Assembly: GCA_964016885.1 (NCBI GenBank)
Contig: OZ024744.1
Coordinates: 3,906,001-3,970,000 of the forward strand
Direction: 5' to 3'
DNA from: Eledone cirrhosa
Taxonomy: Eukaryota
DNA length: 64,000 bases
Numbering within the stretch: position 1 is the first letter of the stretch; every line of letters begins with the position of its first letter. Shown in pieces: positions 12,001 to 24,900 of this stretch. The notes below the pieces were generated by a model. It was not told the origin of the DNA and searched no databases. It saw only the letters and a program-made list of their open reading frames with translations. The translations under genes were made by a program, and so were the position numbers.

Positions 12001-14600
12001 GGGGAAGACAAGGTAGAGAAAGATAGCTTGGTGAAGAACGAAGTTTGGGGGAAGACAAGGTAGAGAAAGATAGCTTGGTGAAGAACGACGTTTTGAGGGA
12101 AGACAAGGTCGTGAAAAATAGCTTGGTGAAGAACAAAGTTTTGGGGAAGACAATGTAGAGAAAGATAGCTTGGTGAAGAACGAAGTTTTGGGGGAAGACA
12201 AGGTAGAGAAAGATAGCTTGGTGAAGAACGAAGTTCTGAGGGAAGACAAGGTAGAGAAAGATAGCTTGGTGAAGAACGAAGTTTTGGGAGGAGACAAGGT
12301 AGAGAAAGATATCTTGGTGAAGAACGAAGTTTTGACGGAAGACAAGGTAGAGAAAGATAGCTTGGTGAAGAATGACGTTTTGTGGGAAGACAAGGTAGAG
12401 AAAGATAGCTTGGTGAAGAACGAAGTTTTGTGTGAAGACAAGCTAGAGAAAGATAGCTTGGTGAAGAACGAAGTTTTGGGGGAAGACAATGTAGAGAAAG
12501 ATAGATTGGTGAAGAACAAAGTTTTGAGGGATGACAAGGTAGAGAAAGATGACTTGGTGAAGAACGAAGTTTTGGGGGAAGACAAGGTAGAGAAAGATAG
12601 CTTGGTGAAGAACGAAGTTTTGAGGGAAGACAAGGTAGAGAAAGATAGCTTGGTGAATAACGAAGTTTTGGGAGAAGACAAGGTAGAGAAAGATAGCTTG
12701 GTGAAGAACGAAGTTTTGGGGGAAGACAAGGTAGAGAAAGATAGCTTGGTGAAGAACGACGTTTTGAGGGAAGACAAGGTAGAGAAAGATAGCTTGGTGA
12801 AGAACGACGTTTTGTGGGAAGACAAGGTAGAGAAAGATAGCTTGGTGAAGAACGAAGTTTTGGGGGAAGACAAGATAGAGAAAGATAGCTTGGCGAAGAA
12901 CGAAGTTTTGGGGGAAGACAAGGTAGAGAAAGAGAGCTTGGTGAAGAACGACGTTTTGATGAAAGACAAGGTAGAGAAAGATAGCTTGGTGAAGAACGAA
13001 GTTTTGGGGAAGACAATGTAGAGAAAGATAGCTTGGTGAAGAACGAAGTTTTCGGGGAAGACAAGGTAGAGAAAGATAGCTTGGTGAAGAACGAAGTTCT
13101 GAGGGAAGACAAGGTAGAGAAAGATAGCTTGGTGAAGAACGAAGTTTTGGGAGAAGACAAGGTAGAGAAAGATATCTTGGTGAAGAAAGAAGTTTTGACG
13201 GAAGACAAGGTAGAGAAAGATAGCTTGGTGAAGAATGACGTTTTGTGGGAAGACAAGGTAGAGAAAGATAGCTTGGTGAAGAACGAAGTTTTGTGTGAAG
13301 ACAAGGTAGAGAAAGATAGCTTGGTGAAGAACGAAGTTTTGGGGGAAGACAAGGCAGAGAAAGATAGATTGGTGAAGAATGAAGTTTTGAAGGATGACAA
13401 GGTAGAGAAAGATGACTTGGTGAAGAAAGAAGTTTTGGGGGAAGACAAGGTAGAGAAAGATAGCTTGGTGAAGAACGAAGTTTTGGGGGAAGACAAGGTA
13501 GAGAAAGATAGATTGGTGAAGAACAAAGTTTTGAGGGATGACAAGGTAGAGAAAGATGACTTGGTGAAGAACGAAGTTTTGGGGGAAGACAAGGTAGAGA
13601 AAGATAGCTTGGTGAAGAACGAAGTTTTGAGGGAAGACAAGGTAGAGAAAGATAGCTTGGTGAATAACGAAGTTTTGGGAGAAGACAAGGTAGAGAAAGA
13701 TAGCTTGGTGAAGAACGAAGTTTTGGGGGAAGACAAGGTAGAGAAAGATAGCTTGGTGAAGAACGAAGTTTTGAGGGAAGACAAGGTAGAGAAAGATAGC
13801 TTGGTGAAGAACGATGTTTTGAGAGAAGACAAGGTAGAGAAAGATAGCTTGGTGAAGAACGACGTTTTGAGGGAAGACAAGGTAGAGAAAGATAGCTTGG
13901 TGAAGAACGACGTTTTGTGGGAAGACAAGGTAGAGAAAGATAGCTTGGTGAAGAACGAAGTTTTGGGGGAAGACAAGGTAGAGAAAGATAGCTTGGCGAA
14001 GAGCGAAGTTTTGGGGGAAGACAAGGTAGAGAAAGAGAGCTTGGTGAAGAACGACGTTTTGATGAAAGACAAGGTAGAGAAAGATAGCTTGGTGAAGAAC
14101 GAAGTTTTGAGGAAGACAATGTAGAGAAAGATAGCTTGGTGAAGAACGAAGTTTTCGGGGAAGACAAGGTAGAGAAAGATAGCTTGGTGAAGAACGAAGT
14201 TCTGAGGGAAGACAAGGTAGATAAAGATAGCTTGGTGAAGAACGAAGTTTTGGGAGAAGACAAGGTAGAGAAAGATATCTTGGTGAAGAAAGAAGTTTTG
14301 ACGGAAGACAAGGTAGAGAAAGATAGCTTGGTGAAGAACGAAGTTTTGTGTGAAGACAAGGTAGAGAAAGATAGCTTGGTGAAGAACGAAGTTTTGGGGG
14401 AAGACAAGGCAGAGAAAGATAGATTGGTGAAGAACGAAGTTTTGAAGGATGACAAGGTAGAGAAAGATGACTTGGTGAAGAAAGAAGTGTTGGGGGAAGA
14501 CAAGGTAGAGAAAGATAGCTTGGTGAAGAACGAAGTTTTGGGGGAAGACAAGGTAGAGAAAGATAGCTTGGTGAAGAACGAAGTTTTGGGGGAAGACAAG
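1..14600 (+). repeat. HOR domain 1: alternating 56-mer (~2,684 bp) and 65/66-mer (3,116/3,164 bp) units forming a ~5.85-kb super-unit
   Basis: Equivalent unit starts at 523, 3207, 6323, 9006 and 12170 give spacings of 2684, 3116, 2683 and 3164. 2684=56x48-4 and 3164=66x48-4, i.e. four 47-bp monomers per unit. Identical 363-aa translations at 1386, 4022, 7185, 9869 and 13033. The right boundary is approximate. Confidence 0.93.
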
Positions 14601-17584
14601 GTAGAGAAAGATAGCTTGGTGAAGAACGAAGTTTTGAGGGAAGACAAGGTAGAGAAAGATAGCTTGGTGAATAACGATGTTTTGGGAGAAGACAAGGTAG
14701 AGAAAGATAGCTTGGTGAAGAACGATGTTTTGAGGGAAGACAAGGTAGAGAAAGATAGCTTGGTGAAGAACGACGTTTTTAGGGAAGACAAGGTAGAGAA
14801 AGATAGCTTGTTGAAGAACGAAGTTCTGAGGCAAGACAAGGTAGAGAAAGATAGCTTGGTGAAGAACGAAATTTTGGGAGAAAACAAGGTAGAGAAAGAT
14901 ATCTTGGTGAAGAACGAAGTTTCGACGGAAGACAAGGTAGAGAAAGATAGCTTGGTGAAGAATGACGTTTTGTGGGAAGACAAGGTAGAGAAAGATAGCT
15001 TGGTGAAGAACGAAGTTTTGTGTGAAGACAAGCTAGAGAAAGATAGCTTGGTGAAGAACGAAGTTTTGGGAGAAAACAAGGTAGAGAAAGATATCTTGGT
15101 GAAGAACGAAGTTTCGACGGAAGACAAGGTAGAGAAAGATAGCTTGGTGAAGAATGACGTTTTGTGGGAAGACAAGGTAGAGAAAGATAGCTTGGTGAAG
15201 AACGAAGTTTTGTGTGAAGACAAGCTAGAGAAAGATAGCTTGGTGAAGAACGAAGTTTTGGGGGAAGACAAGGTAGAGAAAGATAGCTTGGTGAAGAACG
15301 ATGTTTTGAGGGAAGACAAGGTAGAGAAAGATAGCTTGGTGAAGAACGACGTTTTGTGGGAAGACGAGGTAGAGAAAGATAGCTTGGTGAAGAACGAAGA
15401 TTTAGGGGAAGACAAGGTAGAGAAAGATAGCTTGCTGAAGAACGAAGTTTTGGGGGAAGACAAGGTAGAGAAAGATAGCTTGCGAAGAACGAAGTTTTGG
15501 GGGAAGACAAGGTAGAGAAAGATAGCTTGGTGAAGAACGAAGTTTTGGGGGAAGACAAGGTAGAGAAAGATACCTTGGTGAAGAACGACGTTTTGAGGGA
15601 AGACAAGTTAGAGAAAGATAGCTTGGTGAAGAATGACGTTTTGTGGGAAGACAAGGTAGAGAAAGATAGCTTGGTGAAGAACGAAGTTTTGAGGGAAGAC
15701 GAGGTAGAGAAAGATAGCTTGGTGAAGAACGAAGTTTTGGGGGAAGACAAGGTAGAGAAAGATAGCTTGGTGAAGAACGACGTTTTGAGGGAAGACAAGG
15801 TAGAGAAAGATAGCTTGGTGAAGAACGAAGTTTTGGGGGAAGACAAGGTAGAGAAAGATAGCTTGGTGAAGAACGAAGTTTTGGGGGAAGATAAGGTAGA
15901 GAAAGATAGCTTGGTGAAGAACGAAGTTTTAGGGGAAGACAAGGTAGAGAAAGATAGCTTGGTGAAGAACGAAGTTTTGAGGGAAGACAAGGTAGAGAAA
16001 GATGACTTGGTGAAGAACGAAGTTTTGGGGGAAGACAAGGTAGAGAAAGATAGCTTGGTGAAGAACGAAGTTTTGAGGGAAGACGAGGTAGAGAAAGATA
16101 GCTTGGTGAAGAACGAAGTTTTGGGGGAAGACAAGGTAGAGAAAGATAGCTTGGTGAAGAACGAAGTTTTGGGGGAAGACAAGGTAGAGAAAGATAGCTT
16201 GGTGAAGAACGACGTTTTGAGGGAAGACAAGGTAGAGAAAGATAGCTTGGTGAAGAACGAAGTTTTGGGGGAAGACAAGGTAGAGAAAGATAGCTTGGTG
16301 AAGAACGAAGTTTTGGGGGAAGACAAGGTAGAGAAAGATAGCTTGGTGAAGAACAAAGTTTTGAGGGAAGACGAGGTAGAGAAAGATAGCTTGGTGAAAA
16401 ACGAAGTTTTGGGGGAAGACAAGGTAGAGAAAGATAGCTTGGTGAAGAACGAAGTTTGGGGGAAGACAAGGTAGAGAAAGATAGCTTGGTGAAGAACGAC
16501 GTTTTGAGGGAAGACAAGGTCGTGAAAGATAGCTTGGTGAAGAACGAAGTTTTGGGGAAGACAATGTAGAGAAAGATAGCTTGGTGAAGAACGAAGTTTT
16601 GGGGGAAGACAAGGTAGAGAAATATAGCTTGGTGAAGAACGAAGTTTTAGGGGAAGGAAAGGTAGAGAAAGATAGCTTGGTGAAGAACGAAGTTTTGAGG
16701 GAAGACAAGGTAGAGAAAGATGACTTGGTGAAGAACGAAGTTTTGGGGGAAGACAAGGTAGAGAAAGATAGCTTGGTGAAGAACGAAATTTTGAGGGAAG
16801 ACGAGGTAGAGAAAGATAGCTTGGTGAAGAACGAAGTTTTGGGGGAAGACAAGGTAGAGAAAGATAGCTTGGTGAAGAACGAAGTTTTGGGGGAAGACAA
16901 GGTAGAGAAAGATAGCTTGGTGAAGAACGACGTTTTGAGGGAAGACAAGGTAGAGAAAGATAGCTTGGTGAAGAACGAAGTTTTGGGGGAAGACAAGGTA
17001 GAGAAAGATAGCTTGGTGAAGAACGAAGTTTTGGGGGAAGACAAGGTAGAGAAAGATAGCTTGTTGAAGAACGAAGTTTTGGGGGAAGACGAGGTAGAGA
17101 AAGATAGCTTGGTGAAGAACGAAGTTTTGGGGGAAGACAAGGTAGAGAAAGATAGCTTGGTGAAGAACGAAGTTTGGGGGAAGACAAGGTAGAGAAAGAT
17201 AGCTTGGTGAAGAACGACGTTTTGAGGGAAGACAAGGTCGTGAAAGATAGCTTGGTGAAGAACGAAGTTTTGGGGAAGACAATGTAGAGAAAGATAGCTT
17301 GGTGAAGAACGAAGTTTTGGGGGAAGACAAGGTAGAGAAAGATAGCTTGGTGAAGAACGAAGTTTTGAGGGAAGACGAGGTAGAGAAAGATAGCTTGGTG
17401 AAGAACGAAGTTTTGGGGGAAGACAAGGTAGAGAAAGATAGCTTGGTGAAGAACGAAGTTTGGGGGAAGACAAGGTAGAGAAAGATAGCTTGGTGAAGAA
17501 CGACGTTTTGAGGGAAGACAAGGTCGTGAAAGATAGCTTGGTGAAGAACGAAGTTTTGGGGAAGACAATGTAGAGAAAGATAGC
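14600..17584 (+). repeat. Transitional, less regular segment of the array with short local duplications and private variants
   Basis: Private alleles include GTTTTTAGG ~14776, GAAGATTTA ~15396, GATACC ~15569 and GAAGGAAAG ~16653. The GGAGAAAAC/GTTTCGACG/TGG/TGT 4-mer is duplicated at ~14.87 and ~15.06 kb. Three boundary cassettes lie close together at ~16.45, 17.17 and 17.46 kb. Confidence 0.75.
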
Positions 17585-20500
17585 TTGGTGAAGAACGAAG
17601 TTTTGGGGGAAGACAAGGTAGAGAAAGATAGCTTGGTGAAGAACGAAGTTTTGGGAGGAGACAAGGTAGAGAAAGATATCTTGGTGAAGAACGAAGTTTT
17701 GACGAAAGACAAGGTAGAGAAAGATAGCTTGGTGAAGAATGACGTTTTGTGGGAAGACAAGGTAGAGAAAGATAGCTTGGTGAAGAACGAAGTTTTGTGT
17801 GAAGACAAGCTAGAGAAAGATAGCTTGGTGAAGAACGAAGTTTTGGGGGAAGACAAGGTAGAGAAAGATAGATTGGTGAAGAACAAAGTTTTGAGGGATG
17901 ACAAGGTAGAGAAAGATGACTTGGTGAAGAACGAAGTTTTGGGGGAAGACAAGGTAGAGAAAGATAGCTTGGTGAAGAACGAAGTTTTGAGGGAAGACAA
18001 GGTAGAGAAAGATAGCTTGGTGAATAACGAAGTTTTGGGAGAAGACAAGGTAGAGAAAGATAGCTTGGTGAAGAACGAAGTTTTGGGGGAAGACAAGGTA
18101 GAGAAAGATAGCTTGGTGAAGAACGAAGTTTTGAGGGAAGACAAGGTAGAGAAAGATAGCTTGGTGAAGAACGATGTTTTGAGGGAAGACAAGGTAGAGA
18201 AAGATAGCTTGGTGAAGAACGACGTTTTGAGGGAAGACAAGGTAGAGAAAGATAGCTTGGTGAAGAACGACGTTTTGTGGGAAGACAAGGTAGAGAAAGA
18301 TAGCTTGGTGAAGAACGAAGTTTTGGGGGAATTCAAGGTAGAGAAAGATAGCTTGGTGAAGAACGAAGTTTTGGGGGAAGACAAGGTAGAAAAAGAGAGC
18401 TTGGTGAAGAACGACGTTTTGATGAAAGACAAGGTAGAGAAAGATAGCTTGGTGAAGAACGAAGTTTTGGGGAAGACAATGTAGAGAAAGATAGCTTGGT
18501 GAAGAACGACGTTTTGGGGGAAGACAAGGTAGAGAAAGATAGCTTGGTGAAGAACGAATTTCTGAGGGAAGACAAGGTAGAGAAAGATAGCTTGGTGAAG
18601 AACGAAGTTTTGGGAGAAGACAAGGTAGAGAAAGATATCTTGGTGAAGAACGAAGTTTTGACGGAAGACAAGGTAGAGAAAGATAGCTTGGTGAAGAATG
18701 ACGTTTTGTGGGAAGACAAGGTAGAGAAAGATAGCTTGGTGAAGAACGAAGTTTTGTGTGAAGACAAGGTAGAGAAAGATAGCTTGGTAAAGAACGAAGT
18801 TTTGGGGGAAGACAAGGCAGAGAAAGATAGATTGGTGAAGAACGAAGTTTTGAGGGATGACAAGGTAGAGAAAGATGACTTGGTGAAGAAAGAAGTTTTG
18901 GGGGAAGACAAGGTAGAGAAAGATAGCTTGGTGAAGAACGAGGTTTTGGGGGAAGACAAGGTAGAGAAAGATAGCTTGGTGAAGAACGAAGTTTTGAGGG
19001 AAGACAAGGTAGAGAAAGATAGCTTGGTGAATAACGAAGTTTTGGGAGAAGACAAGGTAGAGAAAGATAGCTTGGTTAAGAACGATGTTTTGAGGGAAGA
19101 CAAGGTAGAGAAAGATAGCTTGGTGAAGAACGACGTTTTGAGGGAAGACAAGGTAGAGAAAGATAGCTTGGTGAAGAACGAAGTTCTGAGGGAAGACAAG
19201 GTAGAGAAAGATAGCTTGGTGAAGAACGAAGTTTTGGGAGAAAACAAGGTAGAGAAAGATATCTTGGTGAAGAACGAATTTCGACGGAAGACAAGGTAGA
19301 GAAAGATAGCTTGGTGAAGAATGACGTTTTGTGGGAAGACAAGGTAGAGAAAGATATCTTGGTGAAGAACGAAGTTTTGTGTGAAGACAAGCTAGAGAAA
19401 GATAGCTTGGTGAAGAACGAAGTTTTGGGGGATGACAAGGTAGAGAAAGATAGCTTGGTGAAGAACGAAGTTTTGGGGGAAGACGAGGTAGAGAAAGATA
19501 GCTTGGTGAAGAACGAAGTTTTGAGGGAAGACAAGGTAGAGAAAGATAGCTTGGTGAATAACGAAGTTTTGGGGGAAGACAAGGTAGAGAAAGATAGCTT
19601 GGTGAAGAACGATGTTTTGAGGGAAGACAAGGTAGAGAAAGATAGCTTGGTGAAGAACGACGTTTTGAGGGAAGACAAGGTAGAGAAAGATAGCTTGGTG
19701 AAGAACGACGTTTTGTGAGAAGACAAGTTAGAGAAAGATAGCTTGGTGAAGAACGAAGTTTTGGGGGAAGACAAGTTAGAGAAAGATAGCTTGGTGAAGA
19801 ACGAAGTTTTGACGGAAGACAAGGTAGAGAAAGATAGCTTGGTGAAGAATGACGTTTTGTGGGAAGACAAGGTAGAGAAAGATAGCTTGGTGAAGAACGA
19901 AGTTTTGTGTGAAGACAAGCTAGAGAAAGATAGCTTGGTGAAGAACGAAGTTTTAGGGGAAGACAAGGTAGAGAAAGATAGCTTGGTGAAGAACGAAGTT
20001 TTCGGGGAAGACAAGGTAGAGAAAGATAGCTTGGTGAAGAACAAAGTTTTGGGGGAAGACAAGGTAGAGAAAGATAGCTTGGTGAAGAACAAAGTTTTGG
20101 GGGAAGACAAGGTAGAGAAAGATAGCTTGGTGAAGAACGAAGTTCTGAGGGAAGACAAGGTACAGAAAGATAGCTTGGTGAAGAACGAAGTTTTGGGAGG
20201 AGACAAGGTAGAGAAAGATATCTTGGTGAAGAACGAAGTTTTGACGGAAGACAAGATAGAGAAATATAGCTTGGTGAAGAATGACGTTTTGTGGGAAGAC
20301 AAGGTAGAGAAAGATAGCTTGGTGAAGAACGAAGTTTTGTGTGAAGACAAGCTAGAGAAAGATAGCTTGGTGAAGAACGAAGTTTTGAGGGAAGACAAGG
20401 TAGAGAAAGATAGCTTGGTGAATAACGAAGTTTTGGGAGAAGACAAGGTAGAGAAAGATAGCTTGGTGAAGAACGAAGTTTTGGGGGAAGACAAGGTAGA

Positions 20501-21650
20501 GAAAGATAGCTTGGTGAAGAACGAAGTTTTGAGGGAAGACAAGGTAGAGAAAGATAGCTTGGTGAATAACGAAGTTTTGGGGGAAGACAAGGTAGAGAAA
20601 GATAGCTTGGTGAATAACGAAGTTTTGGGAGAAGACAAGGTCGAGAAAGATAGCTTGGTGAAGAACGAAGTTTTGACGGAAGACAAGGTAGAGAAAGATA
20701 GCTTGGTGAAGAATGACGTTTTGTGGGAAGACAAGCTAGAGAAAGATAGCTTGGTGAAGAACGAAGTTTTGTGTGAAGACAAGCTAGAGAAAGATAGCTT
20801 GGTGAAGAACGAAGTTTTAGGGGAAGACAAGGTAGAGAAAGATAGCTTGGTGAAGAACGAAGTTTTCGGGGAAGACAAGGTAGAGAAAGATAGCTTGGTG
20901 AAGAACAAAGTTTTGTGGGAAGACAAGGTAGAGAAAGATAGCTTGGTGAAGAACGAAGTTTTGGGGGAAGACAAGGTAGAGAAAGATAGCTTGGTGAAGG
21001 ACGAAGTTCTGAGGGAAGACAAGGTAGAGAAAGATAGCTTGGTGAAGAACGAAGTTTTGGGAGGAGACAAGGTAGAGAAAGATATCTTGGTGAAGAACGA
21101 AGTTTTGACGGAAGACAAGATAGAGAAAGATAGCTTGGTGAAGAATGACGTTTTGTGGGAAGACAAGGTAGAGAAAGATAGCTTGGTGAAGAACGAAGTT
21201 TTGTGTGAAGACAAGCTAGAGAAAGATAGCTTGGTGAAGAACGAAGTTTTGAGGGAAGACAAGGTAGAGAAAGATAGCTTGGTGAATAACGAAGTTTTGG
21301 GAGAGGACAAGGTAGAGAAAGATAGCTTGGTGAAGAACGAAGTTTTGGGGGAAGACAAGGTAGAGAAAGATAGCTTGGTGAAGAACGAAGTTTTGAGGGA
21401 AGACAAGGTAGAGAAAGATAGCTTGGTGAATAACGAAGTTTTGGGGGAAGACAAGGTAGAGAAAGATCGCTTGGTGAATAACGAAGTTTTGGGAGAAGAC
21501 AAGGTCGAGAAAGATAGCTTGGTGAAGAACGAAATTTTGAGGGAAGACAAGGTAGAGAAAGATAGCTTGGTGAAGAACGACGTTTTGAGGGACGACAAAA
21601 TAGAGAAAGATAGCTTGGTGAAGAACGACGTTTTGTGGGATGACAAGGTA
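17585..21650 (+). repeat. ~4-kb monomer block, copy 1 of a long-range duplication (copy 2 lies 19,084 bp downstream)
   Basis: Shared rare alleles at a constant offset of 19,084: GAATTC 18329/37413, GAATTTCGACG deletion 19276/38360, in-frame TGA 19716/38800. ORF starts match at 18496/37580, 19311/38395 and 19743/38827. Confidence 0.92.
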
Positions 21651-21900
21651 GAGAAAGATAGCTTGGTGAAGAACGAAGTTTTGAGGGAAGACGAGGTAGA
21701 GAAAGATAGCTTGGTGAAGAACGAAGTTTTGGGGGAAGACAAGGTAGAGAAAGATAGCTTGGTGAAGAACGAAGTTTGGGGGAAGACAAGGTAGAGAAAG
21801 ATAGCTTGGTGAAGAACGACGTTTTGAGGCAAGACAAGGTCGTGAAAGATAGCTTGGTGAAGAACGAAGTTTTGGGGAAGACAATGTAGAGAAAGATAGC

Positions 21901-24900
21901 TTGGTGAAGAACGAAGTTTTGGGGGAAGACAAGGTAGAGAAAGATAGCTTGGTGAAGAACGAAGTTCTGAGGGAAGACAAGGTAGAGAAAGATAGCTTGG
22001 TGAAGAACGAAGTTTTGGGAGGAGACAAGGTAGAGAAAGATATCTTGGTGAAGAACGAAGTTTTGACGAAAGACAAGGTAGAGAAAGATAGCTTGGTGAA
22101 GAATGACGTTTTGTGGGAAGACAAGGTAGAGAAAGATAGCTTGGTGAAGAACGAAGTTTTGTGTGAAGACAAGCTAGAGAAAGATAGCTTGGTGAAGAAC
22201 GAAGTTTTGGGGGAAGACAAGGTAGAGAAAGATAGATTGGTGAAGAACAAAGTTTTGAGGGATGACAAGGTAGAGAAAGATGACTTGGTGAAGAACGAAG
22301 TTTTGGGGGAAGACAAGGTAGAGAAAGATAGCTTGGTGAAGAACGAAGTTTTGAGGGAAGACAAGGTAGAGAAAGATAGCTTGGTGAATAACGAAGTTTT
22401 GGGAGAAGACAAGGTAGAGAAAGATAGCTTGGTGAAGAACGAAGTTTTGGGGGAAGACAAGGTAGAGAAAGATAGCTTGGTGAAGAACGAAGTTTTGAGG
22501 GAAGACAAGGTAGAGAAAGATAGCTTGGTGAAGAACGATGTTTTGAGGGAAGACAAGGTAGAGAAAGATAGCTTGGTGAAGAACGACGTTTTGAGGGAAG
22601 ACAAGGTAGAGAAAGATAGCTTGGTGAAGAATGACGTTTTGTGGGAAGACAAGGTAGAGAAAGATAGCTTGGTGAAGAACGAAGTTTTGTGTGAAGACAA
22701 GCTAGAGAAAGATAGCTTGGTGAAGAACGAAGTTTTAGGGGAAGACAAGGTAGAGAAAGATAGCTTGGTGAAGAACGAAGTTTTCGGGGAAGACAAGGTA
22801 GAGAAAGATAGCTTGGTGAAGAACAAAGTTTTGTGGGAAGACAAGGTAGAGAAAGATAGCTTGGTGAAGAACGAAGTTTTGGGGGAAGACAAGGTAGAGA
22901 AAGATAGCTTGGTGAAGAACGAAGTTCTGAGGGAAGACAAGGTAGAGAAAGATAGCTTGGTGAAGAACGAAGTTTTGGGAGGAGACAAGGTAGAGAAAGA
23001 TATCTTGGTGAAGAACGAAGTTTTGACGGAGGACAAGATAGAGAAAGATAGCTTGGTGAAGAATGACGTTTTGTGGGAAGACAAGGTAGAGAAAGATAGC
23101 TTGGTGAAGAACGAAGTTTTGTGTGAAGACAAGCTAGAGAAAGATAGCTTGGTGAAGAACGAAGTTTTGAGGGAAGACAAGGTAGAGAAAGATAGCTTGG
23201 TGAATAACGAAGTTTTGGGAGAGGACAAGGTAGAGAAAGATAGCTTGGTGAAGAACGAAGTTTTGGGGGAAGACAAGGTAGAGAAAGATAGCTTGGTGAA
23301 GAACGAAGTTTTGAGGGAAGACAAGGTAGAGAAAGATAGCTTGGTGAATAACGAAGTTTTGGGGGAAGACAAGGTAGAGAAAGATCGCTTGGTGAATAAC
23401 GAAGTTTTGGGAGAAGACAAGGTCGAGAAAGATAGCTTGGTGAAGAACGAAATTTTGAGGGAAGACAAGGTAGAGAAAGATAGCTTGGTGAAGAACGACG
23501 TTTTGAGGGACGACAAAATAGAGAAAGATAGCTTGGTGAAGAACGACGTTTTGTGGGATGACAAGGTAGAGAAAGATAGCTTGGTGAAGAACGAAGTTTT
23601 GAGGGAAGACGAGGTAGAGAAAGATAGCTTGGTGAAGAACGAAGTTTTGGGGGAAGACAAGGTAGAGAAAGATAGCTTGGTGAAGAACGAAGTTTGGGGG
23701 AAGACAAGGTAGAGAAAGATAGCTTGGTGAAGAACGACGTTTTGAGGGAAGACAAGGTCGTGAAAGATAGCTTGGTGAAGAACGAAGTTTTGGGGAAGAC
23801 AATGTAGAGAAAGATAGCTTGGTGAAGAACGAAGTTTTGGGGGAAGACAAGGTAGAGAAAGATAGCTTGGTGAAGAACGAAGTTCTGAGGGAAGACAAGG
23901 TAGAGAAAGATAGCTTGGTGAAGAACGAAGTTTTGGGAGGAGACAAGGTAGAGAAAGATATCTTGGTGAAGAACGAAGTTTTGACGAAAGACAAGGTAGA
24001 GAAAGATAGCTTGGTGAAGAATGACGTTTTGTGGGAAGACAAGGTAGAGAAAGATAGCTTGGTGAAGAACGAAGTTTTGTGTGAAGACAAGCTAGAGAAA
24101 GATAGCTTGGTGAAGAACGAAGTTTTGGGGGAAGACAAGGTAGAGAAAGATAGATTGGTGAAGAACAAAGTTTTGAGGGATGACAAGGTAGAGAAAGATG
24201 ACTTGGTGAAGAACGAAGTTTTGGGGGAAGACAAGGTAGAGAAAGATAGCTTGGTGAAGAACGAAGTTTTGAGGGAAGACAAGGTAGAGAAAGATAGCTT
24301 GGTGAATAACGAAGTTTTGGGAGAAGACAAGGTAGAGAAAGATAGCTTGGTGAAGAACGAAGTTTTGGGGGAAGACAAGGTAGAGAAAGATAGCTTGGTG
24401 AAGAACGAAGTTTTGAGGGAAGACAAGGTAGAGAAAGATAGCTTGGTGAATAACGAAGTTTTGGGGGAAGACAAGGTAGAGAAAGATAGCTTGGTGAATA
24501 ACGAAGTTTTGGGAGAAGACAAGGTCGAGAAAGATAGCTTGGTGAAGAACGAAGTTTTGACGGAAGACAAGGTAGAGAAAGATAGCTTGGTGAAGAATGA
24601 CGTTTTGTGGGAAGACAAGCTAGAGAAAGATAGCTTGGTGAAGAACGAAGTTTTGTGTGAAGACAAGCTAGAGAAAGATAGCTTGGTGAAGAACGAAGTT
24701 TTAGGGGAAGACAAGGTAGAGAAAGATAGCTTGGTGAAGAACGAAGTTTTCGGGGAAGACAAGGTAGAGAAAGATAGCTTGGTGAAGAACAAAGTTTTGT
24801 GGGAAGACAAGGTAGAGAAAGATAGCTTGGTGAAGAACGAAGTTTTGGGGGAAGACAAGGTAGAGAAAGATAGCTTGGTGAAGAACGAAGTTCTGAGGGA

